Shown piece by piece: positions 63,681-64,000 of a stretch of 64,000 bases of DNA (the first letter of the stretch is position 1; each line of letters begins with the position of its first letter). The notes under the pieces are model-generated. The model was not told the DNA's origin and made no database searches. It saw nothing but the letters and a program-made list of their open reading frames with translations. The position numbers were made by a program, and so were the translations under genes. The stretch comes from Camelus ferus (taxonomy: Eukaryota). The stretch covers positions 78,990,001 to 79,054,000 of the forward strand of contig NC_045696.1 of assembly GCF_009834535.1 (NCBI RefSeq). The letters run 5' to 3'.

Positions 63681-64000
63681 ATGTACACCTACAGCCATAA
63701 CTGTTCTAATCCCTCTTCACTTCTTTTCATAAACATTACAAATGACCTACGCTAAAATGATTTTCACTTTAAACCTCTTTCTTATTACTTAATATCTAAC
63801 AGAAAATCTAAAATACTTACTTTTCCTCTTGAAATGATTTAATGTAGCATGACCCTCTTTCATCAGCCTTAACTCCCAAATGCATTATCCTCTTCTATTT
63901 CCCTTTCACTCAGTATCCCTCTGACATGTCAATGTCTTTAGCCCTCCACATTAAACAGCATATTGATTACATATTAGCTTCTTTCTTTCTCAATATTCTT

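Overview
AT-rich, CpG-depleted placental-mammal DNA, either intergenic or a long intron. It is probably from a camelid: two cetartiodactyl-type L1 3' ends are present, one of which I recall as camelid-specific, and I saw no Alu, B1/B2, Bov-A, PRE or Can-SINE copies. I found no recognisable protein-coding gene, tRNA, rRNA, miRNA or CRISPR array. The only protein-homologous ORFs are decayed LINE-1 ORF1 and ORF2 fragments. The window holds many old repeats (MIR, L2, L1M, MLT1, MER5, MER81, MER53/MamRep38-like, MER8/Tigger2), two ERV solo LTRs and three microsatellites. Between the repeats are repeat-free blocks with locally retained CpG and dense transcription-factor motifs, resembling enhancers or alternative promoters, plus three candidate, probably mostly non-coding, exons. 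I see no convincing novel biological system. The best leads are a candidate minus-strand promoter and exon at 55.5-56.7 kb, an atypical internal L1 insertion, and a solo LTR with a duplicated 5' end. Repeat family names come from memory of consensus sequences, not from a search, and most boundaries are approximate.
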